A stretch of DNA of 64,000 nt, from positions 3,223-67,222 of the forward strand of contig CALGNO010000119.1 of NCBI GenBank assembly GCA_937958625.1. Reading direction: 5' to 3'. A model generated the notes under the pieces. That model was not told the origin of the DNA. It saw only the letters and a program-made list of their open reading frames with translations, and ran no database searches. Each line of letters begins with the position of its first letter. Position 1 is the stretch's first letter. The DNA comes from an uncultured Neomegalonema sp. (GTDB lineage Bacteria; Pseudomonadota; Alphaproteobacteria; Rhodobacterales; Rhodobacteraceae). Positions 10,270 to 19,741 of this stretch are shown here, one piece after another. A program made the translations under genes and the position numbers.

Positions 10270-11832
10270 GTGGAAGACTATATTGATACTGCCGAGAAAT
10301 ACATCGCCGCCGTACCTGAGATAGGCGCGATCTATGCGTCGATAATCGAAAATCCACTCGCGCTGGCCTTCTGCGTGATCATTGCAGTAGTTTTTGGCAT
10401 CGGCCTGCTGATGTTGGTCAGTACCAGAGCCTTTGGCTTGCGGCGAGGGACAAAGGCAGTCTCGATTATTCCGAGTATGCTCGCGACCCTTGGCGTCTTG
10501 GGGACATTCACAGGCATCCTGCTGGGGTTGCTTGATTTCAATGTCGATGCAATCGATGACAGTATCCCGCGTCTTCTCGGTGGGCTTACCGTTGCGTTCA
10601 GTACGTCGATCGTCGGCATGGGGGCCGCCTTAATATTCAGGGTTCTGGATGTCCTATTGCCTGGGCGGAGGCAGGCCGGAAAAGCAACTGCAGATGATCT
10701 GCGTTTTATCCTCGAGCAGATCCGAGAAGAAAATCGCATAAGTGCAGCGTCTGTAATCAATGCCATGTCGATGGATGGCGCGATCGTCAGCGCCTTGGAG
10801 GCCGGTCGCGCTCAAACCGAAAGGCAATCGGTTCTGCTTGGCGAAGGCATCGCCGATTTGCGGAAGGCGGTCTCCTCCGATGCTGACTCGAGCCTCGTCA
10901 CACAGCTTCAGAAACTGCGCAGCACCATTCAGGATGGTCAGAGCGATCTGATCCGCGAGTTTCGTGAATTTGCGCGTCATATGACCGAAAACACCAACAA
11001 GGTTTTGATCGAGGCACTTCAGAACGTCATCCGTGATTTCAACGACAAGATCACGGAGCAGTTTGGTGATAACTTCAAAGAGCTGAACCGCGCTGTTGGC
11101 GCTTTGCTCGAATGGCAGGAGAACTACAAGGATTTCGTCGAACGGACGGAAACGCGGGTCGCGGCGACTCTCGAAGCATTGGAGTCGAGCGAAAGAGCAA
11201 TCGGATCGGTAAAGGAGCATACGGCAGCCATCCCTGCGGCAATGGCGCTTTTGACCCCGCCTCTGATGACTTTGAATGAACAGTCGAGCACACTGGCATC
11301 GCATCTCGATGCCGTTGGTGGCCTGCGCGAAAAGGCCCTCGAAGCATTCCCGGTTGTCGAGGAAAATCTCAGGAAAATAACCGATGATCTTGGCAATCAC
11401 GTAACCTCGGCGGTGACCTCGACGGGCGAAGCATTGGAGAAGCAACGCGCAGCAAATGAAGATTTGTCATCGCGGTGTGCCGAGTTGTCCGCAGATTCTT
11501 CACGGTTGCAGAAGACGTTTTCTACTGAACTCGAACGTGCCCTCGGAAAAATGGCGGAGGAAACAAACGCTGCATTCGCCAGTCATTCTCAAACGATTGA
11601 GCAGACGACGGCTGAGATCCAGCGTCAGGTATCGGAAGCATGGAAAAGGACTGAAGACTCGATCAACGGTCGCATGGAAACGTTGGATAATGAAATTCAG
11701 CAGGAGTTGCAGCGAACGCTTTCCGTGATGGGCAGTAATCTGGCGTCCATCTCGGAGAAATTCGTGTCGGACTACACGCCACTCACCGAGCGGTTGCGCG
11801 ATGTCGTGCAGATTGCGTCGAGGGTATCGTGA
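10270..11832 (+). CDS. zorA: ZorA-like MotA/ExbB-family proton-channel protein with a long helical tail
   Basis: Three TM helices (LALAFCVIIAVVFGIGLLMLV; IIPSMLATLGVLGTFTGILLGLL; LLGGLTVAFSTSIVGMGAALIFRVL) in MotA/ExbB arrangement. These are followed by about 370 aa of charged helical sequence. GTG start is uncertain. Confidence 0.72.
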   Translation: MEDYIDTAEKYIAAVPEIGAIYASIIENPLALAFCVIIAVVFGIGLLMLVSTRAFGLRRGTKAVSIIPSMLATLGVLGTFTGILLGLLDFNVDAIDDSIPRLLGGLTVAFSTSIVGMGAALIFRVLDVLLPGRRQAGKATADDLRFILEQIREENRISAASVINAMSMDGAIVSALEAGRAQTERQSVLLGEGIADLRKAVSSDADSSLVTQLQKLRSTIQDGQSDLIREFREFARHMTENTNKVLIEALQNVIRDFNDKITEQFGDNFKELNRAVGALLEWQENYKDFVERTETRVAATLEALESSERAIGSVKEHTAAIPAAMALLTPPLMTLNEQSSTLASHLDAVGGLREKALEAFPVVEENLRKITDDLGNHVTSAVTSTGEALEKQRAANEDLSSRCAELSADSSRLQKTFSTELERALGKMAEETNAAFASHSQTIEQTTAEIQRQVSEAWKRTEDSINGRMETLDNEIQQELQRTLSVMGSNLASISEKFVSDYTPLTERLRDVVQIASRVS

Positions 11833-12572
11833 GCGGCATATTTGAAGACGGCACGTCCGATGACAGCGAATGGGTTTCGATTTCGGATCTGATGGCGGGA
11901 TTGATGCTGATCTTCTTGTTCATCGCGATCATATATATTCGAGTACAGGTCGCCGACAAGGAAAAGGCGATAGCCGAAAGCCGTGCATTGGCGACGACGC
12001 AGGAGCAGATTCAGGAAATCGTCGTCACATGGCAGAGGTCATCCGAAGAGATCGTCGTCGCGCTTCAGGACGAATTCAGGGACGATCTTGACCGCTGGAA
12101 TGCCGAGATCGACGCAGATAATTTGACGATCCGCTTCAAGGCACCCGATGTCCTGTTCGAAGAGGGTAAAGCGGAACTGCAACCTCGATTTAAGGATATC
12201 CTACGTGATTTCTTCCCCCGCTATCTTCGGGTACTTCGAGAGTATCTGGATGTCATTGACGAAGTAAGGATCGAAGGTCATAGCTCCTCGGAATGGATCG
12301 CCGGAATGGACCCGGTCGATGCCTTCTTCCGCAACATGAAGTTGTCACAGGACCGAACCCGTTCGGTGCTCGAATTTTCATTGACTGTCGATGGAACCCA
12401 GAATGATCGCGCCTGGGCGTTGAGCCGGATTACTGCCAACGGTCTGTCTTCCAGCCGCCTTGTCTTTCGTGAAGATGGAACGGAAGATCGTTTCGCCTCG
12501 CGGCGCGTGGAATTCAAGGTGAGAACGAAGACTGAAGAGCAGATCGTCAGAATTCTGGAATCGATTCAATGA
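11829..12572 (+). CDS. zorB: ZorB-like MotB/OmpA-family stator protein
   Basis: GTGA overlap with the upstream stop. Has a MotB-type TM helix with the conserved Asp (WVSISDLMAGLMLIFLFIAIIYI). The C-terminus is OmpA-like (RIEGHSSSEW...LSQDRTRSVLEF...ASRRVEFKV). Confidence 0.75.
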   Translation: MSGIFEDGTSDDSEWVSISDLMAGLMLIFLFIAIIYIRVQVADKEKAIAESRALATTQEQIQEIVVTWQRSSEEIVVALQDEFRDDLDRWNAEIDADNLTIRFKAPDVLFEEGKAELQPRFKDILRDFFPRYLRVLREYLDVIDEVRIEGHSSSEWIAGMDPVDAFFRNMKLSQDRTRSVLEFSLTVDGTQNDRAWALSRITANGLSSSRLVFREDGTEDRFASRRVEFKVRTKTEEQIVRILESIQ

Positions 12573-13429
12573 AGCTCGATGTGGATTTCTCGGCGCTCGC
12601 CGAGAGCGTTCGCCGAATGGGTGCTTCGGCTGTGGCATGGACTCCCGAAGCCCCGGGTCTGGACGAACGAGCGATTCTCCGCGAGCGCCTGAGTAGTACC
12701 GGCATCGAAATTTCGCTGAACGATGTCGTGGCAGGTCCCGGTGGGCTGCTCACCTACAAGAATGAACAGGTCATTCTCTATATCAAGGATACTCACAAGT
12801 CTTTGGAAGTGCTGCGCGATGAGCCGGAGAAGGCAGTACGCTTCCACGTCGCCGATTGCAGGACGCTCGAAAGTATGCGCGCGGAAAGCCGGTTTGAACG
12901 CTATGTGGTGACGCGAAATACAACCGGCGTTTTTCAGTGCGACTGGAAGAATTTTGATACTGGAGAACGCGGAGAAGTCGGTTCCAGGCTAAAGGTTTGC
13001 AAAAACTGTCTGAACTTGCTTCGATGGCGCGGATATGGGATGCCTCGGCATCCAAAAGGCCCGATCTGGAACGGTTTTGACCTGTCAGACTTTCTTCTGG
13101 AGTATGCAACTTTCTTCACGTCCTTGCCGTCGCGCGTCGCCGAGGAGACCGGCTTGGATGACTACGTCAAAGACTGGTCGGTCATCTCAATGAGAACGCG
13201 CGAGGCCAGCGGTTTTACCTGCAGCGAATGTGGTGTCGTGGCGTCGACCCAAAAGTCGGTACTGCATGTTCACCACAAGGATCGCATTCGCAGCAATAAC
13301 GACCCACAGAATTTACAGGTCTTATGCGCGCTCTGTCACCGCAATCAAGCCGGCCATAGTCATATGCATATTCGCAATCAGGACGAACGAACGATCCGTA
13401 AGTTGCGAGCAGCGCAGGGCATTCCATAG
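12569..13429 (+). CDS. zorE: ZorE-like HNH endonuclease
   Basis: ATGA overlap with the zorB-like stop. C-terminal HNH motif HVHHKDRIRSNNDPQNLQVLCALCHRNQ, preceded by CxxC pairs (CKNCLN, CSECGV). Confidence 0.75.
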   Translation: MKLDVDFSALAESVRRMGASAVAWTPEAPGLDERAILRERLSSTGIEISLNDVVAGPGGLLTYKNEQVILYIKDTHKSLEVLRDEPEKAVRFHVADCRTLESMRAESRFERYVVTRNTTGVFQCDWKNFDTGERGEVGSRLKVCKNCLNLLRWRGYGMPRHPKGPIWNGFDLSDFLLEYATFFTSLPSRVAEETGLDDYVKDWSVISMRTREASGFTCSECGVVASTQKSVLHVHHKDRIRSNNDPQNLQVLCALCHRNQAGHSHMHIRNQDERTIRKLRAAQGIP

Positions 13430-13464
13430 CCTCATACTTGATCGCGCATCTTGCATTCTGATGC

Positions 13465-13484
13465 TGCCCCTATTTCGCTGCGGC
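13465..13484. repeat. Right copy of the 20-bp direct repeat, TGCCCCTATTTCGCTGCGGC
   Basis: Identical to 10118-10137. Overlaps the stop codon and last four codons (AAAK*) of the ABC ATPase gene 13470-15143 (-). Confidence 0.9.
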
Positions 13485-15143
13485 ATCCGCATCATCCGGG
13501 TCGACTGCATCGCCGCGTTCCCGGGCGGCGAGCAAGTCGGTCAGCCAGTCTGGGTCCATTTCCGGCACCGATGATAGCAGTAGGTCGGTGTAGGGATGGT
13601 GCGGCGGGCGGAACATTTCGACCTTCGGTCCCTGTTCGACCACCTTGCCATATTGCATCACCACGACCTCGTCAGCGATGGCGCGTACGGTGGCCAAATC
13701 GTGGGTTATGAACATATAAGCGAGGCCCAGATCGATCTGCAACTTGTCGAGCAGGCGCAGGATGCCCTCCGCCACGAGTTGATCGAGGGCGCTGGTGACT
13801 TCGTCGCAGATGATGAACTGCGGGTCCGCCGCCAGGGCGCGGGCGATGCCGATGCGCTGTTTCTGGCCGCCGGACAACTCACCCGGAAAGCGGTGCATGT
13901 AGATATCGGGTTCCAGCTCGATCAGGTCGAGCAACTCGCGGACCCGCTCGCGCTGTTGCTTGCCGCTGAGGCCGAGATAGAACCCCACGGGCCGCCCGAT
14001 AATATCGCCGATGCGCTGTTTCGGGTTCAGGGCGGTATCGGCCATCTGATAGATCATCTGGGCCTGGCGCAGCTGATCCTTGTTCCGCTTGCGGTAATCG
14101 GCGGGCAGGGTCTCGCCGTTGAACAGGATTTCGCCGGTGCTGGGCGGCAGCAGGCCGGTGATGACACGGGCTGCGGTTGATTTCCCCGAGCCGGACTCGC
14201 CCACGACAGCGACCGTGCGGCCCTTGTGGATCTTGAAATTGACGTCGAACAGAACCTGGGTGGTGCCATAGGCGGCATCCACATTCTTCAGCTCGACGAC
14301 CGGCACTTCATCGACGGGCGGCTTGGGTTTCGCGGTGGCCTTGAAGCTGCGCACGGCCCAGAGCGACTTGGTATAGTCCTCCTCGGGCTGGGACAGCATC
14401 TTGCGCGTTTCGGCCTCTTCGACCGTCTCGCCGAGCTTGAAGACCTGGATCCGGTCGGCCATCTGCGCGACGACCGCGAGGTCGTGGGTGATGTACATCG
14501 CGGCAGTGCCGAACTGTTCGACGGCATCGCGGATCGCCGACAGCACCTCGATCTGCGTCGTCACGTCCAGGGCCGTGGTCGGTTCGTCAAAGATGATCAG
14601 GTCGGGGCGGCAGGACATCGCCATCGCGGTCATCGCGCGTTGCAGTTGCCCGCCCGAGACCTGATGCGGATAGCGGAAGCCGATTTCATCGGGGTTCGGC
14701 AGTTGCAGGCGACGATAGAGGTCGGTCGCATCGCTCTGCGCTTCGGCGGAGGCCATCACGCCATGCTGGATCGGGGCCTCGGAATACTGGTCGATGAGCC
14801 GATGGGCCGGGTTGAAGCTGGCCGCCGCCGATTGCGCGACATAGGCGATACGCTTGCCGCGCAGCTTGCGGCGATAGGTCTCCGATGCCTGCACCAGATC
14901 GGTGCCGTCGAAATTGACCGTGCCGCCCGAGATGCGACACCCGCCGCGGGTATAGCCCATGGCGGCGAGGCCGATGGTGGACTTGCCCGCCCCGGATTCG
15001 CCGATGACGCCCAAGACCTCGCCGCGATTGAGGTCGAGGTCGATGCCCTTCAGGATCGGCAGCCAGTCGTCACCGCTTTTGCCATCAATCTTGAGGTTGC
15101 GGATTTCGAGGATTTTATCGTCGGACATGGGATGCTGTTCCAT
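13470..15143 (-). CDS. ABC transporter ATP-binding protein with two fused ATPase domains (DppD/DppF-like)
   Basis: Two Walker A sites (GESGAGKST, GESGSGKST), two signature motifs (VSGGQLQR, LSGGQKQR) and two Walker B motifs (IIFDEPTTALD, FIICDEVTSALD). Confidence 0.92.
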   Translation of the reverse strand: MEQHPMSDDKILEIRNLKIDGKSGDDWLPILKGIDLDLNRGEVLGVIGESGAGKSTIGLAAMGYTRGGCRISGGTVNFDGTDLVQASETYRRKLRGKRIAYVAQSAAASFNPAHRLIDQYSEAPIQHGVMASAEAQSDATDLYRRLQLPNPDEIGFRYPHQVSGGQLQRAMTAMAMSCRPDLIIFDEPTTALDVTTQIEVLSAIRDAVEQFGTAAMYITHDLAVVAQMADRIQVFKLGETVEEAETRKMLSQPEEDYTKSLWAVRSFKATAKPKPPVDEVPVVELKNVDAAYGTTQVLFDVNFKIHKGRTVAVVGESGSGKSTAARVITGLLPPSTGEILFNGETLPADYRKRNKDQLRQAQMIYQMADTALNPKQRIGDIIGRPVGFYLGLSGKQQRERVRELLDLIELEPDIYMHRFPGELSGGQKQRIGIARALAADPQFIICDEVTSALDQLVAEGILRLLDKLQIDLGLAYMFITHDLATVRAIADEVVVMQYGKVVEQGPKVEMFRPPHHPYTDLLLSSVPEMDPDWLTDLLAARERGDAVDPDDADAAAK

Positions 15144-15223
15144 CTCTGTTTTTTTAGAAGGCTGCGGGCTGTGTATGCCTGAACCTCAATGCCCCTCGCG
15201 CGGTTCGGGGCGTTCGTTGTTTT

Positions 15224-15244
15224 GATCGCTCCACCGGAGCGATC
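15224..15244. other. Perfect 9-bp stem hairpin in the 123-bp intercistronic gap of the ABC operon
   Basis: GATCGCTCC-ACC-GGAGCGATC, lying between the permease stop (15267) and the ATPase start (15143). Confidence 0.5.
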
Positions 15245-15266
15245 AATCGGCGTTGGCGCCCCCGCC

Positions 15267-16178
15267 TTACTCTTTCAGTCCGCTGGAGCGGTGCAGCATC
15301 CAGTCGACGACGAAATTCACGGCCACGGTCAGCAGCGCGATGGCGGCGGCGGGATAGAGCGGGATGATCTCGCCGAAGGTGATCAGCTGCGCATTATCGC
15401 GCACCATGGTGCCCCAATCGGCGGTGGGCGGCTGGATGCCAAGCCCGAGGAAGGACAGCGCCGCGATGGTCAGGAACACGAAGCAAAAGCGCAGGCCGAA
15501 TTCCGCGATCAGCGGGGCCATGGCATTGGGCAGGATTTCCTTGCGGATCAGCCAGACCAGCCCCTCGCCGCGCAGTTTGGCGGCCTCGACATAATCCATC
15601 ACCACGATGTTCATGCCGACGGCGCGCATCAGGCGATAGACGCGGGTACTGTCGAGCAGGGCGATGACGAGGATCATGTTCACCACATTCGCGCCGACGA
15701 TGGTCAGCAACAGCAGGGCGAAGATCAACTGCGGGATCGACATCAGCACGTCGACGATCCGCGACAGGATATTGTCGGTCCAGCCGCCCATGACGGCGGC
15801 CATCATGCCGAGGAAACTGCCGAGCAGGAACGACAGGATCGTGGTGATCAGCGCGATTCCGACCGTGTTGCGGGCCGCATAGATCATCCGCGAGAGCATA
15901 TCTCGGCCAAGCTGATCCGTGCCGAGCAGATAGGTGTCGTCGGGGATCTCGAAGGCATCGGCGACGATCTCGCGCTCGCCGAACGGGGCCAGCGCCGGGG
16001 CGAAGATCGCGACCAGAATATAAAGCAGGATCACGATCATCCCGAACCACGCCGTCAGGGGCGCGGTTCGAAACGCACGCATTGCCGTCGTCCAGCGCGA
16101 TTCCTGTTCGACGCGCGGGGCTTGCGCATCGGCGGACAGGGCGGTCGGGTCGGCGGGCTTCACTGTGTTGTCGGTCAT
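15267..16178 (-). CDS. ABC transporter permease (DppC/OppC-like)
   Basis: 303 aa and multi-TM. Reads as a binding-protein-dependent transport inner-membrane component, with N-terminal OppC-like region ...LTAWFGMIVILLYILVAIFAPALAPFG... Confidence 0.9.
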   Translation of the reverse strand: MTDNTVKPADPTALSADAQAPRVEQESRWTTAMRAFRTAPLTAWFGMIVILLYILVAIFAPALAPFGEREIVADAFEIPDDTYLLGTDQLGRDMLSRMIYAARNTVGIALITTILSFLLGSFLGMMAAVMGGWTDNILSRIVDVLMSIPQLIFALLLLTIVGANVVNMILVIALLDSTRVYRLMRAVGMNIVVMDYVEAAKLRGEGLVWLIRKEILPNAMAPLIAEFGLRFCFVFLTIAALSFLGLGIQPPTADWGTMVRDNAQLITFGEIIPLYPAAAIALLTVAVNFVVDWMLHRSSGLKE

Positions 16179-16190
16179 CCCTGATCCTCC

Positions 16191-17336
16191 TTATTTCGGG
16201 TGCAGGAGACGCGGGTTCGTGGCAATCGCCAGAATATCCGCAGTCAGGTTGAGCAGAATGTAGGTGGCCGCAAAGATCAGGCAGCAGCCCTGAACCACCG
16301 TGATGTCACGCTTCGACACCGAATCGACCAGCAATTGGCCAAGGCCGGGATAAACGAACACCACCTCGACCACGACCACGCCGGTAATCAGATAGGCGAG
16401 GTTGATGGCGATGACGTTGATGATCGGGGCCAGCGCATTGGGCAGGGCGTGCTTAAAGATGATGCGCCCCGGCGACATGCCCTTCAGCCGCGCCATCTCG
16501 ATATAGGGCGAGGCCATCAGGTTGATGATCGAGGCCCGCGTCATTCGCATCATATGCGCCGTGACCACCAGCGTCAGGGTCAGGGCGGGCAGGAAGCTGC
16601 GATAGACCCGTTCGCCGAACGGTGTATTGGGCGAGATGTTCGAGATCGACGGAAAGGCCTGCACCGGCTCGACCTGATAGGTCCACCAGCTGAAGACGGC
16701 ATTGACGACCAGCGCGAGGCCGAGCACGCCGACGATTGCGCCGATGAACGAGAACCGTCCGCTGTCCTTGAGGGCCGATTTAACCGCGCCCCCGCCCTCG
16801 ACCAGCAATAGCAGCCCCAGAACCGCCAGAACCCAGCGGGCATCGAAGCCATAGCCCACCGACAGGAACAGGATCAGGACATAGGCGACGAAGAATTCCG
16901 GAAAGGAAATCGACGACAGGGTCGAGACATTGACCAGTCTATCGAACCACGAATTGCGATACAGCGCGGCCAGCATCCCCAGCGTCACGGCCAGCGGCAC
17001 CGCGATCAGGGCCGCGAACCCGGCCAGGAACAGCGTGTTGCCGAGGCGGGCCGCAATCAGGTCCGAAATTGGCCGCTTGGTGGCCAGCGACACGCCGAAA
17101 TCCCCCTGCGCCACCCCGCCAAGCCAGGAGAAATATCGCTCGACGGGCGGTTTATCGAGGCCGACCTCGGCCCGGAAGGCGGCGACCGCCTCGGGCGTGG
17201 CGGACTGTCCGAGAATTTCCTGGGCAAGATCGCCCGGCAAAAACTCGACGGCGCCGGCGATGATGATGGACACGACGAAAAGCGTAAAGACGCCAAGTGC
17301 GAGTCTCTGGAGGGCCATTTTGGCGATGGGGTGCAT
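16191..17336 (-). CDS. ABC transporter permease (DppB/OppB-like, with an internal insertion)
   Basis: Start trimmed to ATG 17336 (MHPIAKMALQRLALGVFTLFVVSIII...), the usual DppB N-terminus. At about 381 aa it is longer than the roughly 310-340 aa I recall as typical, because of an extra hydrophobic segment in mid-protein. Confidence 0.85.
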   Translation of the reverse strand: MHPIAKMALQRLALGVFTLFVVSIIIAGAVEFLPGDLAQEILGQSATPEAVAAFRAEVGLDKPPVERYFSWLGGVAQGDFGVSLATKRPISDLIAARLGNTLFLAGFAALIAVPLAVTLGMLAALYRNSWFDRLVNVSTLSSISFPEFFVAYVLILFLSVGYGFDARWVLAVLGLLLLVEGGGAVKSALKDSGRFSFIGAIVGVLGLALVVNAVFSWWTYQVEPVQAFPSISNISPNTPFGERVYRSFLPALTLTLVVTAHMMRMTRASIINLMASPYIEMARLKGMSPGRIIFKHALPNALAPIINVIAINLAYLITGVVVVEVVFVYPGLGQLLVDSVSKRDITVVQGCCLIFAATYILLNLTADILAIATNPRLLHPK

Positions 17337-17381
17337 GGGCAGCGCGTCTCCTCTTTGGACTGACGTTAACAGGCGAGTGTC

Positions 17382-17415
17382 ATTGCGCAACCGTCAATCA
17401 GCGGCGGTGCGCAAT
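17382..17415. other. 8-bp perfect inverted repeat, ATTGCGCA...TGCGCAAT (18-nt spacer)
   Basis: Arms at 17382-17389 and 17408-17415, lying between the dctM stop (17419) and the ABC permease start (17336). Could be a dctM terminator or an operator for the ABC operon. Confidence 0.3.
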
Positions 17416-17418
17416 GAT

Positions 17419-18801
17419 TCAGAGGATCGACGGCAGCCAGAGGACAAGTCCGGGCAGCGCCAGCAACAGCCCGATGCGCAATATTTCGACGGCGAAGAAC
17501 GGCATCACGCCCTTGAAGGTCTCGATAATCGGCACGTCCTTCGCCAGCGACGCGATGATGAAGACGTTCAGGCCCACCGGCGGCGTGATCAGACCCAGCT
17601 CGACCACCACCAGTGCCAAAATCCCGAACCAGAGCTTCAGGTCGCCGGAGTCCATGCCATAGGCGGCGCTGTCGGCGCTGACATAATCGCCGCCATTCAG
17701 GGCGACCAGCGCGGGCCAGAAAAACGGCACCACCACCAGAATCATCGCCAGCGATTCCATGAAACAGCCGAGCACGATCAAAATGGCCAGCATCAGGATC
17801 AGTACGACCCACGGATTATAGCCGCTCGCCCCGGCCCAGTCGGCCAGTGCGGTGGGCAGACCCGCGCGGCTGAAAAACGTCTTCAGAACCTCGGCCCCGA
17901 ACAGGATGAACGCGATCATTCCGGCGGTGACGGCGGTTTCCTGCAACGATGTGCCGAGGCGCGTCACGGTCAGTCCCCGCCCCTCGCCGCGCACGATCAA
18001 GCCGTAGACGAGGATGGCAAAGACCCCGACGGCGGCGGCGGGGGTCGGGGTGAACAATCCGAACCCAAGCCCGAGGATGATGCCCAGAAAGATACCGAGG
18101 ATCGGCCAAAGCCGCCGCAGGGCCGCCCCCCGCGCCCCCGCGTCCATATCATCCTGTGCGGGCACCAGATCGGGACGCATCCGCGCGATCACCGCGATCA
18201 CGCCGATGAAGAAAGCGACCGCAATCAGGCCGGGGATCATCGCGGCCTGAAACATCTCGATGATCGAGGCTTCGACGATCAGCGCATAGATAATCAGCGC
18301 CACCGAGGGTGGGATCAGAATTCCCAGCGTCCCCCCCGCCGCCAGCGTCCCCGTGGCCAGCCGCGCCGAATACTTCATGCGCCGCAATTCGGGCAGGGCG
18401 ACCTTGCCCATGGTCGAGGCGGTCGCGAGTGACGATCCGCAAACCGCCCCGAACCCGGCACAGGCCCCGATGGCCGCCATGGCGACCCCGCCGCGAAACC
18501 GCCCGACCAGCGCGCGGATGCCCTGGAACAGGTCGCGCGACATGCCGGTTTCCGACGCCAGATATCCCATCAGGATGAACAGCGGCACGACGCTGAGGTC
18601 GTAATTGGCGACCGAGTTGAAAAACAGCGTCTTGAACTGTTTCAGATACGGGGCGAATTTCAGAAAGCCTGTGACCTCGGACAAGGCATAATTACCGCCA
18701 ATCCCGACGATCATCATCGCCAGCGCCACCGGCACGCGCAGCACCAGCAACAGAAAGACCGCGCCGAGACCGGCCAGCCCGACCAGCTCGCGGTCACCCA
18801 T
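17419..18801 (-). CDS. dctM: TRAP transporter large permease
   Basis: Start trimmed to ATG 18801 (MGDRELVGLAGLGAVFLLLVLRVPVALAMMIVG...). This gives the classical 8-bp ATGGGTGA overlap with the dctQ stop. 460 aa, multi-TM. Confidence 0.9.
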   Translation of the reverse strand: MGDRELVGLAGLGAVFLLLVLRVPVALAMMIVGIGGNYALSEVTGFLKFAPYLKQFKTLFFNSVANYDLSVVPLFILMGYLASETGMSRDLFQGIRALVGRFRGGVAMAAIGACAGFGAVCGSSLATASTMGKVALPELRRMKYSARLATGTLAAGGTLGILIPPSVALIIYALIVEASIIEMFQAAMIPGLIAVAFFIGVIAVIARMRPDLVPAQDDMDAGARGAALRRLWPILGIFLGIILGLGFGLFTPTPAAAVGVFAILVYGLIVRGEGRGLTVTRLGTSLQETAVTAGMIAFILFGAEVLKTFFSRAGLPTALADWAGASGYNPWVVLILMLAILIVLGCFMESLAMILVVVPFFWPALVALNGGDYVSADSAAYGMDSGDLKLWFGILALVVVELGLITPPVGLNVFIIASLAKDVPIIETFKGVMPFFAVEILRIGLLLALPGLVLWLPSIL

Positions 18802-19297
18802 GCTGCGCCGCGTCCTTCTCGAAGACCTGCGCCAGCGCGACGGCGGCCCAGAGGACCAGCGAGGCAATACCCGGCAGGTAGAACGGCCATTCCTGCCACC
18901 CCAGAACCCGGCTGAGCGCGCCGTCTGCACGGGTCTCGGCCATGCCCAGCACCATCCAATAGGCCAGAAACAGCGCTGCCCCCGCCATCAGCCCCAGCGA
19001 CACCCGGTCGAGCGCCCGGTTCAGCGCCGCCGGAGCGCGCTTGAGGAACAGATCGACGGCGATATGCCCGCGCCGTACCTGACAAAACGGCAACAGCATC
19101 GGCAGGGCCGCCGCCACGGCGAGGCGCACGAAATCCTCATATCCGGGCAGGGCCGACACGCTCTCACCCCAGAACCCGGCCAGCCGATCAAGGGCAAAAA
19201 GCCCGACATTCGCGGCGGTGACGACAACGATGCTCAACAAAACCAGACCGCCCAGAATGGCCCATCCAGCCGCCAGTCTTTCAAGCGCAGCCCGCAT
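18794..19297 (-). CDS. dctQ: TRAP transporter small permease
   Basis: 167 aa with four hydrophobic helices, overlapping the dctM start. Confidence 0.8.
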   Translation of the reverse strand: MRAALERLAAGWAILGGLVLLSIVVVTAANVGLFALDRLAGFWGESVSALPGYEDFVRLAVAAALPMLLPFCQVRRGHIAVDLFLKRAPAALNRALDRVSLGLMAGAALFLAYWMVLGMAETRADGALSRVLGWQEWPFYLPGIASLVLWAAVALAQVFEKDAAQHG

Positions 19298-19408
19298 TGC
19301 GCGCTCCCCTGATAACGCTCGGTCTCACTTTAGACACCTCGCCGGGCAATGTCTTGCGCGTTGTCAGAGGGCCTCTGATAGGCTCAGGAACACAAAAAGG
19401 ATTATGCC

Positions 19409-19741
19409 ATGAAAACTTCGTGGATAGCGGCGGCGCTCTTTGCGTCCATGGCAGGAGGGCCGGTTTTGGCGAATTCGACCTCATCGGTCAGTCTGAACGG
19501 CAAGGCCATCACCGTCAGCGGCGCGCAGTCACAAAGCGTCAGTGCGGCGAATGGTGTTGCGATCATCGCGGCGGACGACCTGCGCATCATGATCGACGGC
19601 GAGACCCTGACGATGGACGGACGCTCGGTCGATCTTGGCCCGTTCAGGATGCTCGACATTCAGATCATCAACGGCGAACCGAGCATCACCGTCGATGGCG
19701 AATTGATCATGCTGCCCTCAAAGGACGACAGCGATTTGTAG
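19409..19741 (+). CDS. Small secreted hypothetical protein
   Basis: Signal peptide MKTSWIAAALFASMAGGPVLA. Internally repetitive sequence (GKAITVSGA.../GETLTMDGR.../EPSITVDGE...). Lies on the opposite strand between dctQ and dctP. Confidence 0.45.
   Translation: MKTSWIAAALFASMAGGPVLANSTSSVSLNGKAITVSGAQSQSVSAANGVAIIAADDLRIMIDGETLTMDGRSVDLGPFRMLDIQIINGEPSITVDGELIMLPSKDDSDL

Larger units (their letters stand above)
10138..13464 (+). mobile_element. Putative integrase-less defence islet (Zorya-II-like cassette) delimited by the 20-bp direct repeats
   Basis: Lower G+C: 31/60 at 11461-11520, against 41/60 at 14161-14220 in the flank. Orientation is opposite to all flanking genes. Bracketed by perfect direct repeats, the right one covering the 3' end of the ABC ATPase gene. 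Confidence 0.5.
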
